This document shows, in pieces, positions 26,704-41,017 of a DNA stretch of 64,000 nucleotides. The notes under the pieces were generated by a model. It saw only the letters and a list, made by a program, of their open reading frames with translations, was not told where the DNA came from and made no database searches. The position numbers were made by a program, and so were the translations under genes. Origin of the DNA: Octopus vulgaris (taxonomy: Eukaryota); assembly GCA_951406725.2 (NCBI GenBank), contig OX597828.1, positions 56,916,001 through 56,980,000 of the forward strand, in the 5' to 3' direction. Each line of letters opens with the position of its first letter. Positions within the stretch are counted from its first letter, which is position 1.

Positions 26704-27876
26704 TTATTGTGAACTTTCTTCATCTTTGTCAGTATTAATTGCTGACAAAGCAATTATGATAAAGAAAATGAGAAATATGACAATTATTGACAAAAATATT
26801 TTGTCTAGTTTCTGAGACGTTAGAAAATGTTTTTTATACGCAGTTTTCGCCTTTATCTTCATATTGTGCTCATCTGATATTTCTGAAACGCCAACACTGT
26901 TTCTTGATCTATTTGTTTCTTTTGCAAATTCTGGAGTTGAGTTATTGTTCGATCCAGTCTGGTGGGCATGCACTTTACATATAATTACTGACCCGACAGT
27001 AGAACAACCGCTGACAAATGTCAAAATTAAGAGATATATTAGATATGCAGATGGTTCCTCAGAATTATAACCCAATATTTTTTCAGTTTCAGAAAGAAAA
27101 ACGATGTTTGTAAGAAAAACAGTGATTGCAAGTGAAATTTTCTCTCCAGAGTCAGCCGGTAGCAAATGGACAGAAAAGATCAAAAATGTTAACATAATTG
27201 GGGGTATAATTTTTGTTACTGTTGCACTGTTAAGTCTTCTCTTACCATGAACTTTAAGGCCCACTGCTGTAGTATTCGTCCTTCCGATGTCAATCTCCTC
27301 AAACTTGAAATTCCATTGTTTTAATTTGGATTTGCATTCTATAGTGTACTCAAAACCGTTTATAGTTTCCTCCATATGCATCACATGCGCAAAGCAAACC
27401 AATATATCACATTCGTGCTCATCAAAAGGATATTTCTCAACGTTAATCCTGCAGTAAGATTTGAATATTTCGTTTATATACAAGTGAATGTATCCGGCAG
27501 AATTTATAGTGACTGCCATGGTCGGATCCATACGAAATCTACCCAATACGCTATTACATATTTGAATATTAGGGTACCATATGTTTCCTAATTCAACATT
27601 TATGAGACTTTTCCCGTATGTTGATTCATCCCACTTGAGATTAGTGTCGCGCCATTTTATGCCGAGTATTAAATTACTTGCCAGTACACCTTGCTTGATG
27701 TCTAATTCAATAATGTTCTCTACAGAAAGTGAAACATTTACATGTACTAAGCCATCTTCCTTATTAGCCGGTTTCTTTGTTTTATCGTAATTACTGAATA
27801 TCTCTTTTTCTAAAGGTTTATTTTGTGAAGAAGCACTTGCAAAGGAAATAAATATTAAGTCAATTATCAATTTCAT
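26704..27876 (-). CDS. Chemotactile receptor-like Cys-loop channel subunit, paralog 2, 390 aa from the signal-peptide Met (in-frame upstream ATG at 27975 also possible)
   Basis: MKLIIDLIFISFASAS aligns with the paralog starts; Cys-loop CRINVEKYPFDEHEC; SGEKISLAITVFLTNIVFLSETEK; M1-M4. Confidence 0.93.
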   Translation of the reverse strand: MKLIIDLIFISFASASSQNKPLEKEIFSNYDKTKKPANKEDGLVHVNVSLSVENIIELDIKQGVLASNLILGIKWRDTNLKWDESTYGKSLINVELGNIWYPNIQICNSVLGRFRMDPTMAVTINSAGYIHLYINEIFKSYCRINVEKYPFDEHECDILVCFAHVMHMEETINGFEYTIECKSKLKQWNFKFEEIDIGRTNTTAVGLKVHGKRRLNSATVTKIIPPIMLTFLIFSVHLLPADSGEKISLAITVFLTNIVFLSETEKILGYNSEEPSAYLIYLLILTFVSGCSTVGSVIICKVHAHQTGSNNNSTPEFAKETNRSRNSVGVSEISDEHNMKIKAKTAYKKHFLTSQKLDKIFLSIIVIFLIFFIIIALSAINTDKDEESSQ

Positions 27877-28630
27877 GATGATCAATTTAAAGGCAATATT
27901 GGGTTTTATTATTATTTTTCTCAGTATATTTAAATCTGTGCAAGTATTGCGTATTTCTATATATTTTTTCTGCATGTTTAAAACATATAGGAAATCGTTT
28001 TATGAAAAGTGTCCTAATAATAGAGATGATATAAGTTACGTATATACTGTCAATCTATTTTCTGTTCAAATTAATACACAAACGTCTAAAAAGAGTTCCA
28101 ATTACTTCGCGTTTCATAGGATTGTCTGTGTTTATGTAATGCAAACAAACGAAGATCATATAATTCAGCTTGGCTTATCATGAACGTCATCATATATCAT
28201 CAGGTCTTCAAATGTCTTTACTATTTTGGATCGTTTTTGGATCTATGTATTAGTGAAGATGGTCTGCATATATGTGTAGGTGTGCAGTAGGAAGTAGGAA
28301 ATTATTCGTTCTAACGAATAGAGATTTTTTGGGCCTCATCCCCACTGCTATTCATGTCTTTTACTTTCGTGTCTCTCTCTTCCGTTTTTGACCATGGGCC
28401 ATTATATAATATTTTGAAGCACAGACTTTAAATGATCTGAAGATCGAATATGCATTTAACGCTTGAAAACTACAATTATATGTTGCAAAAGATATTTTCA
28501 CTTAGTTATTGATAATACATCAAAAGAAAATATTTTGTTAGTAATTTAATGTATTATTAAAAATACATTAAATAGATTGATGTAAGTAACTTTATTCTTT
28601 TGTTATACGTAGTGTGTTGTTTCAGGCGTC

Positions 28631-28679
28631 AAGTGTTAGTTTTCCCATAAGGTTAAACGTAAATGGACACTCCGAAATT
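28631..28679 (-). promoter_or_regulatory. Conserved upstream motif of the CR unit (paralog 2)
   Basis: aagtgttagttttcccataaggttaaacgtaaatggacactccgaaatt. Confidence 0.55.
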
Positions 28680-29589
28680 TTCCACTTATAAATATATCTA
28701 TATGGTAACTATTGAATATTATCGAATGGATACTGAACAATAGATGTTTTTAGGAGTGTATAGTTCATATCTTGACTTGTGATTATACGTTCTCTCATAT
28801 CCCACAGCTGTACGGGGAAAAGACATTGATCAAATGGAAAGTTAAAGTATGGTGATCAACAAATCGCCATTGCACTTTCTGCTCATGCCGATAATAAAAC
28901 TGTCTTGATATTTGCTGATATACGATGAGAAGAGAAATTAGAAAGGCAAAAAACGAATGAGTTTTTCTTTTCCTCATTGAAATATTCTCCTCTCTATATA
29001 TTTACCAGACTCTATATATGTATACCACCCATGCTGAGAGTATGTATGCGTTTGAGTCAGAGTGTGTGTATGCGTGTGTGAAAGGAATTTCATTAGCGTC
29101 ACAGGGTAATTAAAAAAGCTATGTATATGATAACTTATTTTAATAAAACACTTTCCAATTAGAAAATATTATTTTTCTTACGTTGACAAACACTTTGATA
29201 CAGACACGCGCGCACACGCAATATTTAAATTGGAAAATTTATTGCTGTTGTTGCTTAAATACCAGCAGTGGATTACATTGAGGAGAAACAAAACTATTAC
29301 TTCCAGTTCATCATTCCATAAAATATGTTTAGTAAAAGAAAAAAAATTGCAAAGCATCAATACAATTCATAATGGCAAAGAAACGATGAATCTACCAGGT
29401 GGTTGTGGGATGTGCTGGAAATAATAGCTAAATCTGCCTTAAATCGCACATCTGATAGTTACCTAAAATTATAAACTTATAAAATTTATCGTGCTGAGGA
29501 CAATGCAAATGACTTCGCCAGTTTTTTTTAAACGGCGATCCTTTTTTGTTTGAAAATAAAGGAACTGGTGATGTGGTCACAGAAATTAT

Positions 29590-30027
29590 CTGACAGTCAT
29601 GGCTCGGTTCTCCTGCTTGTTTGGCATAGTGCAGAGATCTGTTGCTACATGTAAGTTCTTCCAGCAGCCACCCGCTTGACGAAGAGTAGCATTAACTCCT
29701 CCTAGCACTTGATGTAGGCCTTGGTGTGGGGTCTGAGGCCATATGGGAAGATGAATGGAAGCATAACGTCGCCATCGCTAGTGATCACTCCAAACAACAT
29801 GATGTTAATTGGATGTTTGATTTTTATCACACCCGGTACATGTTTTGGGGACATGGCAAGTGAATGGTTGTTTTGTGTGTTCACCATTTGAACCTGGCAA
29901 AATTTGTTCTCGCCTGAGAAAAACTAAAGCATGTTCGTTTGGAGGGGATGCTTGTGTTTGTTCAAAAGATTCCTAGCGCGGTCTTTTCTCTTGTCTTTGA
30001 TGGCTTGGGATGAAAACTGGCCCTTTC
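29590..30027 (-). mobile_element. Tc1/mariner-superfamily (maT/Tc1-like) transposase fragment
   Basis: Translation FFSGE..F..VNTQNN...KHPINIMLFGVITSDGDVMLPFIFP, typical of the DDD/E catalytic region. Confidence 0.7.
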
Positions 30028-30034
30028 ATTAGTG

Positions 30035-30535
30035 ACGATTTAGACATGCTATAGCACATTACCAAAAACAATTCATGAAGACGCATTATTGGTTTCCTTC
30101 GATGTTATTAATATTTACACCAAAACCGCAGATAACTTTGGAATAAAAGCAATAAAATTCTGGTTCGAAAATACCCGGAAGTAGTCCCGGAACGCATAAA
30201 TCATGTCTTTATAATTGAATCTTTAAAAATTATACTTCATAACATTTATTTCCTATTTGATGACACCTACTATCGACAAAATGCGGAATTGCGATGGGGA
30301 CGAAAGCAGCCCCTTTTCTTGCGAACCTGATAAAGGGCTATTTTGCATTCATCATATATGAAGCGTCATTTCAAAAATATGGTTATCCATTTCACCATTC
30401 CATAAGAGAAAACTGGAAAAGATACCTAGATGACTGCTTTATCATTTGAGACCATTTATCAAGGAGACCAGTGACAAACTTTTGGAATTCAAATCAACAC
30501 TAAATGATATAAACAGTAACATTCAATTCACAGCC
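30035..30535 (+). mobile_element. Penelope-like reverse transcriptase fragment
   Basis: Translated motifs SFDVINIYT, GIAMGTKAAPFLANL, WKRYLDDCFII, INSNIQFT, with stops and frameshifts. Confidence 0.8.
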
Positions 30536-31052
30536 TTATATTTTTAACTCATTCTGAATTTCTTTTATATATATATATACACATATGCTGATATATCATT
30601 TACGTTGGACTTTTCATTGGCATAATCACCGAACCTGGAGCTTAACTATAGTAAATCCATAACACTTAACAGCATAGCCTGGCACCTTTCGGTCTTATTG
30701 ACACCATTACCTCTTATAGCTATATATATAAAGATATTTATCGGATGACCCAACAACTCAACATGAGGTACGGACCATGGCAATTGAATCAAACACGATT
30801 ATACATCAAGTGTACGAACAGCTGGGACAAAGCACATACAGGAGTGGTAATGTGAAACACCCAAACTGAGGAAGTTAGACAGACCATGGTGGTGCTCCAT
30901 GATGACCACGGACGCATGGCTAAAACGAGTAAAAGTGTATAAAAAGTGTGTGTGTGTGTATATATATATATGCGTGTGTGTGTGTGCGTATATATATATA
31001 TTCATATATATATATATATATATACGTATATATATATGTATATATTTATATA

Positions 31053-31111
<59 letters not shown>

Positions 31112-31243
31112 TGTCTTTTATATTTTATGTCTTTCCGTTTAAGGTTGTTGCCTCGATTTCTATCGATATTTTCTCGAACTATAACGTTAGAGGCTATATA
31201 TATTAGCATATGCACACACACACGCACACACATACATATATAT

Positions 31244-32232
31244 ATAGGCCATTCAACCCACTAGAAAGAGCAGCTAAACTCAAACCGCTAAATAGTTGTA
31301 ATTCAGAAACCAAAGGAAAATAAAAACATTTACCCTTATCATCTTTGGACTATGCATAGTTTCGACATATATATTGGCAAACCGATTTAATTAAATTAAA
31401 TTAAATCTATTTGCCACTGGCGTGTCTCGTCAGCAAAGAAGCCAGGGAAATATATATCCACGATGCGACAGCATCGACGCCTCCAGGATATATATTCTAA
31501 ATTTTCAAAATCTACCGTCACCGCGCCAACTTATCAGCAGCAAATATAAACTGCTGATTTAATTTCAGAATTAGCCAAAAAATCATTAATTAATCAATAT
31601 CAGGGTAGCAAAAAATTCAAGAGAAATTTTTCGCCACCAGCGTTCCAGTGAGAAAGAAAAAATAGTCAACAGACTATATAATATACATTCAACAATATTA
31701 AGAAATGGCCTTGATAGGCCATTCAAAACACTAGAAAGAGCAGCTAAACTCAAACCGCTAAATAGTTGTAATTCAGAAACCAAAGGAAAATAAAAACATT
31801 TACCCTTATCATCTTTGGACTATGCATAGTTTCGACGGTAGATTTCGAAAATTTAGAATATATATTCTCGAGGCGTTGATGCTGTCGCATCGTGGATATA
31901 TATATTCCCTGGCTTCTTTGCTGACGAGACAGGCCAGTGGCAAATAGATTTAATTTAATTTAATTAAATCGGTTTGCCAATATGTATATCGAAACTATCA
32001 TCCAAAGATGATAAGGGTAAATGTTTTTATTTTCCTTTGGTTTCTGAATTACAACTATTTAGCGGGTTGAGTTTAGCTGCTCTTTCTAGTGGGTTGAATG
32101 GCCTATCAAGGCCATTCCTTAATATTGTTGAATGTATATTATATAGTCTGTTGACTATTTTTTCTTTCTCACTGGACAGCTGATGGCGAAAAATTTCTCT
32201 TGAATAACTTTTTGCTACCTTGATATTGATTA

Positions 32233-32234
<2 letters not shown>
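31244..32234. repeat. Rearranged foldback structure: B-C-spacer-A-B followed by the reverse complement of A-B-C
   Basis: B at 31244-31366 and 31714-31836 (direct); C 31367-31516; A 31589-31713; 31837-32234 is rc(A-B-C); TA-rich repeats on both sides. Confidence 0.9.
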
Positions 32235-32293
<59 letters not shown>

Positions 32294-34006
32294 AAGCCAT
32301 ATGTATGTGCATGTGTGTGTTTGTGCGAGTACGTGTGTATATACAGAACGCAAAAAATCATAATATATGAAGAATACAAATAATAATCACCACGGTTATA
32401 ATTTGCTGATTAGATATAAAAAATGTCAAATAATTCGTTGGTGGATAAACGGTAACAAGTCACATGGAGACATTACAATAATCCGCTTCTTCTCATCAGG
32501 TGAGGATTGGCATATGCAGCTCACAGAGTAGTTCATCCACAGAAGGACACACCACACGCTCACAAGTGCACACATACATGCACACACATGCACACACATA
32601 CACACACATACACAACCCGCAACACCACAGCCACAACGTATGAAGCGTCTTTATAACTAAAAATCCAGAAAAAACGTGGATTTTTCTGTGAGGAATATAT
32701 AAATAATATATTAGATGTAGGAGATTTATTTAGATATAGTTATAGGCTTAATAATCGTTGGATTACGTTTACCAACCTTTTCCATGAAAGAAATTACACA
32801 TTGTAACCAGCATTATTTAATAGAATTTTGTGTTTAAAAATGTATGCCAATGAAGGAAGTTAGCTCATCAGGTCACATAAATATGGTTCGACCACTCTTT
32901 AAATTTAGAATGTGTGGAAGATCGGAATGGGTTTAAATTCTATGGATGTTGTGAGTAAAAGAAAAGCAACACATAAAAGATGTACATCGTGCCAAATAGA
33001 GCTTTAGGAAGCATAACGGTCAGAAAGAGAGAGATGAGCATGACTAGCAAGATGTGTTCAATCACCAGCAGAATATAGTCCTGTGTGAAATTTTGCTGCA
33101 ATTTTTTTAGATATCATCCAAATGTGCCAAAACGAGGCGAAAATAATTGAAGGTTAAGTGCACGTAAACGCAACTGAAGATGCTCTAATGTCCGTGGAGG
33201 TTAAAAGATGATAGTAGAAGCGATTACATAACTATTAAATTTATAATCATATACATACATATTACATAACAAATTCAGCTCATAATGACTGCAGGCGTAA
33301 GGTGAGGTGATAGATAATGCTAAGCATAAACTGAAAATACAGATAAGTAATTAAAAAATGATAAAAATACGTAGATTTATCAGTTGAGTCAAACACATCT
33401 ATTGATGACGAAAAATAAATATTTTGAAGTAGTAATATCTGCATAAGATGACAGCCTATTCTTGGCGCTACAAGAGTCAGTGTGAATGTACACTTAGAAT
33501 CTCGGTGGATTTATTGCAATAAATATCACAGGAAGTTCAGCCACTTCTCTACAGTTTTTACCATAATACTTAATATCTTAAAGGAAAGCGGCTGGCTAAT
33601 GAAGTAGAAAATGATCCAATATATAATAAAGAAATTTCTCTTAAAGTCTACCAATCAAACTACAGGAACTATAGTAGAATTGTGTTATCGAATATGTACG
33701 GTGTATTTACATATCGCATTATAACTCGTCCAATAACAATTCAATGATCGTTTTATCAAAAGTTCTAAAGTTTCATTTGTTATCAACTATCGTTTAAAAG
33801 CGATTGCCATTTCTCCCATTTTTCTTATTATTCGTATGGTCATGTTGACAAGTACTTAAACTGTGTGAATGTAAGTTAGCGAGCAATATGCTGCTTCTTT
33901 TATGACTACTGAAAACATAACATTGACGTCAATGTGGCTATCGTTTCTGTCTCAATAAATGTGTATGTGTGTGTACGTATATATATATATAAGTATATAT
34001 ATATAA

Positions 34007-34092
<86 letters not shown>

Positions 34093-34834
34093 ATATGCAT
34101 GGATTCATACATACATAGATGGACACTTGCATAATGCATACATATATACATACATACTTAAACGCACGCACAAAAAATCGTAGTTTTCATTTAGCATTAC
34201 TCGTTAAGCTCTCACCATTTAAACATTCATGTTCGGAAATAAATTTAATATTCTAATGTTATTTGGTATTTATGAAAGTCCTGCAAGTTTTATTCAGTTC
34301 GTTTCAATTTGTTTGTGTTATTTCATTTTATTTCATTTTCTGCCTCTTTTTAAAATATATGACTGGAGAAATGCCATATAACTATATTATAGATATCTGA
34401 AAATAGACTGTTCTTTAAATATGAGATATTATGTACAAATTTAATAATGCTGGACATATCTTTTACTTGCCTTTTCAGAACTGAAAAGTAATATAACTTT
34501 GAAAAAAAAAAAGAAAAAGAGAAAGTGGAATATAAATACAAAATACAAGAAAACGTCTCTACGACACGTTGTACAAGGAAATCAATGTGTTTTGAAGACC
34601 TTATCAAAATATGTTTGTGCAAATATAATGTAAAATATATGAATGATTTATTGTTAAAAAAGACATTCATTATTGCAATGAAAAATCGATACGTTGTGCA
34701 TAAATATCCATCATTATTCTAATTCTTCAGGATATGAATATTGGTGAGCAGATGTGGTAAGTTTATTATGTGGTGCTATTAAGTTAGACATGGCCTGGAC
34801 CAATCTTTGGTCGAAACATATCTAAGTTTATCTA

Positions 34835-34869
<35 letters not shown>

Positions 34870-34872
<3 letters not shown>

Positions 34873-35270
34873 GGAGTAGGGTGGTTTTGTGATAAAAAGT
34901 TTGCTTCCCAACCACATGGTTCCGAGTTCAATCCCACTGCATGGCTCCTTGGGCAGGTCTTCGACTATAGCATCCGATCGACCGCTACCTTGTGAATGGA
35001 TTAGGTAGACTGAAACTGAAAGAAGACGGTCATATATATATATATATATATATACATGTCTATATGTGTATTTTAGTATCTGTGTTTGTTCCCCCACCAT
35101 CGCTTGACAACCGATGTTGGTGGGTTATCGCCTCCGTAACTTAACGGTTCTACAAATGAGAGCGACAGAATAAATACTAGGCTAACAAAGACTAATTTCT
35201 GGGGTCGACCTGTTCGAATGTAGGCGGTGCACCAGCATGGTCGCACACAAATGACTGGAACAATCAAAAG
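34870..35270 (+). mobile_element. tRNA-derived SINE (third family) with internal (TA)n
   Basis: B-box GAGTTCAATCCC; 3' part also seen at ~36540-36710, ~45880-46110 and in the 52.4-kb palindrome. Confidence 0.7.
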
Positions 35271-35271
35271 A

Positions 35272-35348
<77 letters not shown>

Positions 35349-35630
35349 CACACATATACACAACGTGGTGATTACATTTCGGAATGTCAAACAGTAATAC
35401 TTTGCAAGGTGTACGTTTGTCCACAGCACCAGTTAGGCGAGTACATTCTACAGTTGAATTACATTTGTGCATAACTATAATCTCTAAACCGTAAATTTTG
35501 TGTCTTAGTGTTCCCACTTTTATACTTTAGTACTAGTTGTCCTTGCTATTTTTCTCTAGGTCAATCAATCAAAAAGTTTCAACAATGGTTTCAGGGTGGT
35601 TGATTATTAATTGGTGTAGAAACTCCATAA

Positions 35631-35663
<33 letters not shown>

Positions 35664-38595
35664 ATAGTACTCCATTTATTACATATTCATTTTTACAGTC
35701 ATTCCAACAGTTTTAGAGTAATTCCCGCAGTTCATATAAGTGACAATGTAGAGGGTAACCTCATTATTGTTAGTGGTGATACATTCATATTTATAATGCG
35801 ATAGATCGAATTCCCTGATTTATTTTGTAAAGTATAGTAATTATTATGTGTATCAGATGAGAAGTGGTCCTTCAATATCGGTACGGTTGCATATATTATA
35901 CATTTGCGAATCTGTGAAGGATCTAAGCTGATAAAATTGCATCTTCTGCCACAGCTATGAAACGTATCTCAAACTGTTAAATATGTAGTTCGTAGTATAT
36001 TACTTCACATGCGAAAATCAGAAAAAAACATCTTGAAAAATAGCTGTGCTTAGAAAGAATGAAATTTCACTGTTTATTCTCATGTTGAAAGTTATGTATG
36101 CCAACAGGAGCCTCGTTATACAAAGGAAGTTGTTAAAAAGGATATATTTTGGATTCCTAAGCAAGGAAAATAAAACCGCAATATAAATAATAAGCATACA
36201 TTGGTTACGATTACATTTCTGTCATAGTTGCATGTATGTAAGCACAGGAAAATGTTCAAACGATGAAATGATATACACACCACCTCGTAAAATTTCATGA
36301 CAAATGGCTGATGAAGCAATGCTTACTCCTAAAATATCAATGAAATTTTATTCATGCAGAAAAGACTTTCAAAAGTTATTAAGGCAGCAAATAATCCTCA
36401 ATAATCTCAAAGCAAAAGCGATGTAGAAATATACAAACCCATAAATATTATGCATTTCATATAAAATGGAATTTAAAAGTCATTTTTAGAAAATGCAAAG
36501 ATATGTAACTGAATTTTAAAAATGTGTGTACGTGTTCTTTTATTCTTTTACAGTCATGTGATTGCAGCCATCCTGGAGCACACCTTAAACTGTTTTAGCC
36601 GAGGAAATCTAATATTTCTTCTATCGCCTCTTCTGCTGAATCGTTGTTACGAGAACATAAACACATCAGCATCTGTTATCAAGTGAAGACGGGTGGACAA
36701 ATAAAGACACACACACACACACACACACATCAATATGAGACCCCCTGTGTCTCGTTGGAGATTTTCTTTCTCCGTCTTCCCTTCCTTGGACCTTTCATAA
36801 GGAGATGATATGCAGCTAAATCTTTAAGAAGCCGGTGGGAAAAGTGTCCGATATAGTGTAAATAAATACAGTTGTGTCTGCATGGATAAGGGATTTACCG
36901 TACTTTTACTGTCTCTGAACAAGTCTACCCCTAACAAATCTTCAACAATAGAAATGTGTTCAAGCTATGTTCAACTGGTGTGTGTTCCCATTTCAGGAAT
37001 ACAGAATATAATCTACAGAATAATTTCCACGGTTGATAGTGCTGACCTAGTATTAAATTTATTCATATTCAGAGAAGTTGCTTTGTATTGGAAGTGCCTA
37101 TGTATGCAAGCACGGAAATACGCTGGCATGGGTTAGTAGGGTTGTGAGTTATTTGTCAGCGAGTTTGATTCATTTATGTTTCTGTGTCAGCGAAACTTGG
37201 ATATGAGTTAGTGAAACGAGGCGAGTGTGATGTAAAAGGTAAAGGAAGAAAGATTTGGATTGTACGACCAAAATGTAAATGTATGTGGATGTAGTGAGTG
37301 AGACAATATTGTATGGAATCATCCCCATAAAAACTAATCGGAAACAATGAAATAATGGTGTTAGATACGTGGGAGAAAAGATTTTAGAGAAGAATATGGA
37401 AAAGAATAGTTACAGTGCAACAGTGGTACGAAGATAATATTATGAGAGATAATAGAGTCTGTAAAGTGCATAGAGTTGTTTGAACTGAAAACAGTAACAT
37501 GAAAACAGTAGCATGAAAAAGATAATGAAAGAAAAGTTAACAATGCAGCTAATGTAGAGAGAATGGTAGTAATTTAATATACTTATTACAGTAAAATCAA
37601 TTTCAATAAGACATTAATATTACCATTTTTTTAACTTTATGTGAGAAGAAATTCAAAAGCAGCACAATAAATCATGATATACATAAATATACATAAATAA
37701 GTATGCGTATACACATACATATCCATAACTAAAACGGCACCCAATAATACATCAAAATTGTTGCTTTATGTGTGCAATAGCAAAAATATCGAAAGTATAA
37801 ATCGTAGAAAAGGATGCTTCAACGTTTTGCGAAGGACAAGCAATAGAACAAAGTATAATTAAAATGCTGTTAAATATGATCGCATTACTTTCTCAGTTCC
37901 AATACCATGAGTATCATGTTAACATTCATCTATCTGTCTTTCAAAAGAGAATTCCTGTGTAAATTTGCGATTAGAATGTAGTGTCTTAAATTCCATTTTC
38001 TCAGCAATTTCTAAAACTATTAATTGTATAGAATGTACACAAATGGACAGTTCCAAGTACCAGTTTTACACAAAGAACATATGCAATGAATTTAAAGCAC
38101 AATGCATTTCACTATTTATATATCTGCATTTGGAAATATATAATATTTGTGCCTTCACAAAAGAAGCAGGTATTTCTATACGTTCTCGAGAAAAGTAATT
38201 GTGATAAAATCAAATGACAGCGTTGCGTATCTTTAACGTGGTTTCCTTTTTCTTTCTCTTTATATTTTCATTTTCATTCTCTATATTATGATTTCATTCT
38301 ATGCATGGTATATATTTCAAAAGAGTAGTTGAAAGATGATGTGAAAATTATCTTTATAAAACTCATTCGGAAGTTTTACAGAAAGCTCAGTAAACAATGC
38401 GGAGATTGCGTCGTTTTCAGTCATTCAGAGGCGAAATATAGAATTAATGGCATCCGTTGTGGTTTAATATTTGTTGTTTCCTATCATTTCTAAGGTTTCT
38501 AATTTTTGATACTGAAAATATTATTATTTTAGTTACTATTTCAAAGCTTTTCGTACACACTGAAAGTAATGGTAGTTTCATTTTTTTTACTACTA

Positions 38596-39741
38596 CTACG
38601 AAGATGTCGACAAGGAAATAATGATAAAGAGTAGTAGAAATATAACAATTATTGACAAAATTATTTGGTCCAGTTTCTTATAGCTTAATAAATGCTTTAT
38701 ACAAGGCTTTATAGCTTTTATTTTAATATTTTGTTCATCTGAAATTTCTGAGACACCAACTCTATTTCTTTTTCCGTTTGATTCTTGTGTAATTTCGGGA
38801 GCGGAATTGGTGTTGGCTCCAGTCTGGTTCGCGTACAGTTTACACACAATTACCGCGGAAATAGAAGAACATCCACTGACAAGTGTCAGAATTAAGAGAT
38901 ATATTAGATATATAGATGCTTCACGAGAATTATTACCCAATGTTTTTTCAGTTTCAGAAAGGAAAACGATATTTGTAAGAAAAACAGTGATTGCAACAGA
39001 AACTTTTTCTCCAGATTCAGGTGGTAGTAAATGGACAGAAATGATCAAAAAAGTTAACATTATTGGAGGTATAATTTTTGTTACTGTTGCACTGCTAACT
39101 TTTCTCTTGCCGTGAAGTATAAGACCAACTGCTACAATATTATCATTTTCCACATCAGATGTTTCAAAATCAAAGTCCCATTGACTAGATTCAGATTGGA
39201 GTTTTATGTCGTAATCAAAAGCACCCACTGTTTCTTCCACATACAACTGATGCGCAAAGCAAACAGATATATCACACACGTGCTCATCAAAAGGATATTT
39301 TTCAACGTTAATCTTGCAGTAAGTTTCGAATATTTTGTCTATATATAAGTGAACGTCTCCGTTCCTATTTATTGTTACTTCTTTGTTCTCATCAAAACTA
39401 AATTTACCTGTTACACTATTACATATTTGTACGTTAGGATACCATACATCACTTAATTTGGCATTTATGTACCCTATATTATATTGTGTATCAGTCCATT
39501 TCAGATTAACGTCGTTCCATTCGAAGCCGAGTATAAGATTACTTGCGAGTGCACCTTTTAGAATATCTAATTCTATAATTTTCTTTAGCGTAAGTGATAC
39601 ATTTGCGTATATGATGTCGTCATCGGATTCAACAGGTCTCTTTGTTTTATCGTACTTGTTAAATAACATCTTTCGGAGCGCGCTTTTCTGGGACGAAATG
39701 CTTCCAATTAGCGTAAAAATTAAGATGACTATTAATTTCAT
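38596..39741 (-). CDS. Chemotactile receptor-like Cys-loop channel subunit, paralog 3, 381 aa
   Basis: Signal peptide MKLIVILIFTLIGSISS; WYPNVQICN; Cys-loop CKINVEKYPFDEHVC; SGEKVSVAITVFL; four TM segments. Confidence 0.94.
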   Translation of the reverse strand: MKLIVILIFTLIGSISSQKSALRKMLFNKYDKTKRPVESDDDIIYANVSLTLKKIIELDILKGALASNLILGFEWNDVNLKWTDTQYNIGYINAKLSDVWYPNVQICNSVTGKFSFDENKEVTINRNGDVHLYIDKIFETYCKINVEKYPFDEHVCDISVCFAHQLYVEETVGAFDYDIKLQSESSQWDFDFETSDVENDNIVAVGLILHGKRKVSSATVTKIIPPIMLTFLIISVHLLPPESGEKVSVAITVFLTNIVFLSETEKTLGNNSREASIYLIYLLILTLVSGCSSISAVIVCKLYANQTGANTNSAPEITQESNGKRNRVGVSEISDEQNIKIKAIKPCIKHLLSYKKLDQIILSIIVIFLLLFIIISLSTSS

Positions 39742-40460
39742 GTTTATATTGATTAAATGAAAATATTCCCTTTTATTTTGTGCTCAGTGTCTGAAGCTTG
39801 ATTATATATCAGATAGTTAGAAATATTTCATGTATATACGAAACACATCAGGGAATTTGATGGGTAATTTCTTTCTTTTTTTTTTGTTTTTGCTATTATA
39901 CTCGTTAAAGTAATTTATGATGCATGAGGTGTTCAAAACGATTGCTCCACAAATCTAAATAAGAACATTTAAAGTGAATCAGTTCGAAATACCTTACGTT
40001 GCAGTCTATATTTTAAAAATATAAATAAAAATATGTTTTTATAATTCAGCATACCGTGCCATGAATGCTGGTCTTCGCGTACAAGTAGCCGTGTAGATCA
40101 TCTCCGTATCAGTGTAGGTGTGAAGAGAAAAATGACGCCTGTTCAACATGAACGCCCTTAAATAAGTCATGCGGTTTCTCTACGACTGTCGTCTTCTCAT
40201 TTTTCTTGCTACCCTTCCCTTCTTTATGTGTATATCTACTTATGTATTTGTTTCAAGCACAAACATGTCAAATGTTTTAAAGTTCGAGTACATATTGGAA
40301 AACACTGCAATTACTCGATGTAACAGATGATTACACTTATCTATTTATAATTCATAACACGTAAAGTCAAATCTTATGTATGTAATGTGAGTTTTTGTGA
40401 TATAGTTGTCCATCCTATCCGTTTAGTGATACATCATCATGTACCGTTTAAAACAGCCTG

Positions 40461-40492
40461 CCCACATTGTTAAACGTGAACAGGCACGCCGA
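40461..40492 (-). promoter_or_regulatory. Conserved upstream motif, partial (paralog 3)
   Basis: cccacattgttaaacgtgaacaggcacgccga, 24/32 identical to the paralog 2 motif. Confidence 0.45.
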
Positions 40493-40842
40493 TGTCTTCT
40501 AGTCATATATGGTTAGATATAAGAATAATTACTCACTTTATTGATAAATATTTAACGTCATATATTGAACAGCAGAAGCTATCAGGGAGGTGTCGTTCGC
40601 ATCTTGTTTTCTTATTCCGTGTTTTGTTCGATCCCACGGCTAAAATATATGGGTCAGCCTGCGACTATACTCATGGGTTGAGTGACACGTTGGGAGTGGG
40701 TTTCCAGTGCATTTAAACAAAATAACGCTGGGCGTCTATCAATCTATCTATCAATCTATCTATCTATCTCTCTATCCATCTAGTTATCTATCTGCCTGCC
40801 TATTTGTCTGTCTATCTATCGATCTATTTATCTACTATTTAT

Positions 40843-40843
40843 G

Positions 40844-40904
<61 letters not shown>

Positions 40905-40951
40905 TATCATTATTATTATTAATATTATTATTATTGTTATTATTATTATTA

Positions 40952-41016
<65 letters not shown>
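40843..41016. repeat. (ATC)n(ATT)n compound microsatellite
   Basis: Direct reading. Confidence 0.97.

Positions 41017-41017
<1 letters not shown>

Noticed and set aside
30799-31264. Long [12 protein letters not shown]/poly-I ORFs here and elsewhere
   Set aside because: Translations of microsatellites.
31586-32183. Two near-identical short ORFs on opposite strands ([17 protein letters not shown]..)
   Set aside because: By-product of the inverted repeat; no evidence of coding function.
38807-39760. Plus-strand ORFs antisense to the receptor genes (also 26787-27790 and 49949-50206)
   Set aside because: Shadow frames of the real minus-strand CDSs; no independent protein features.
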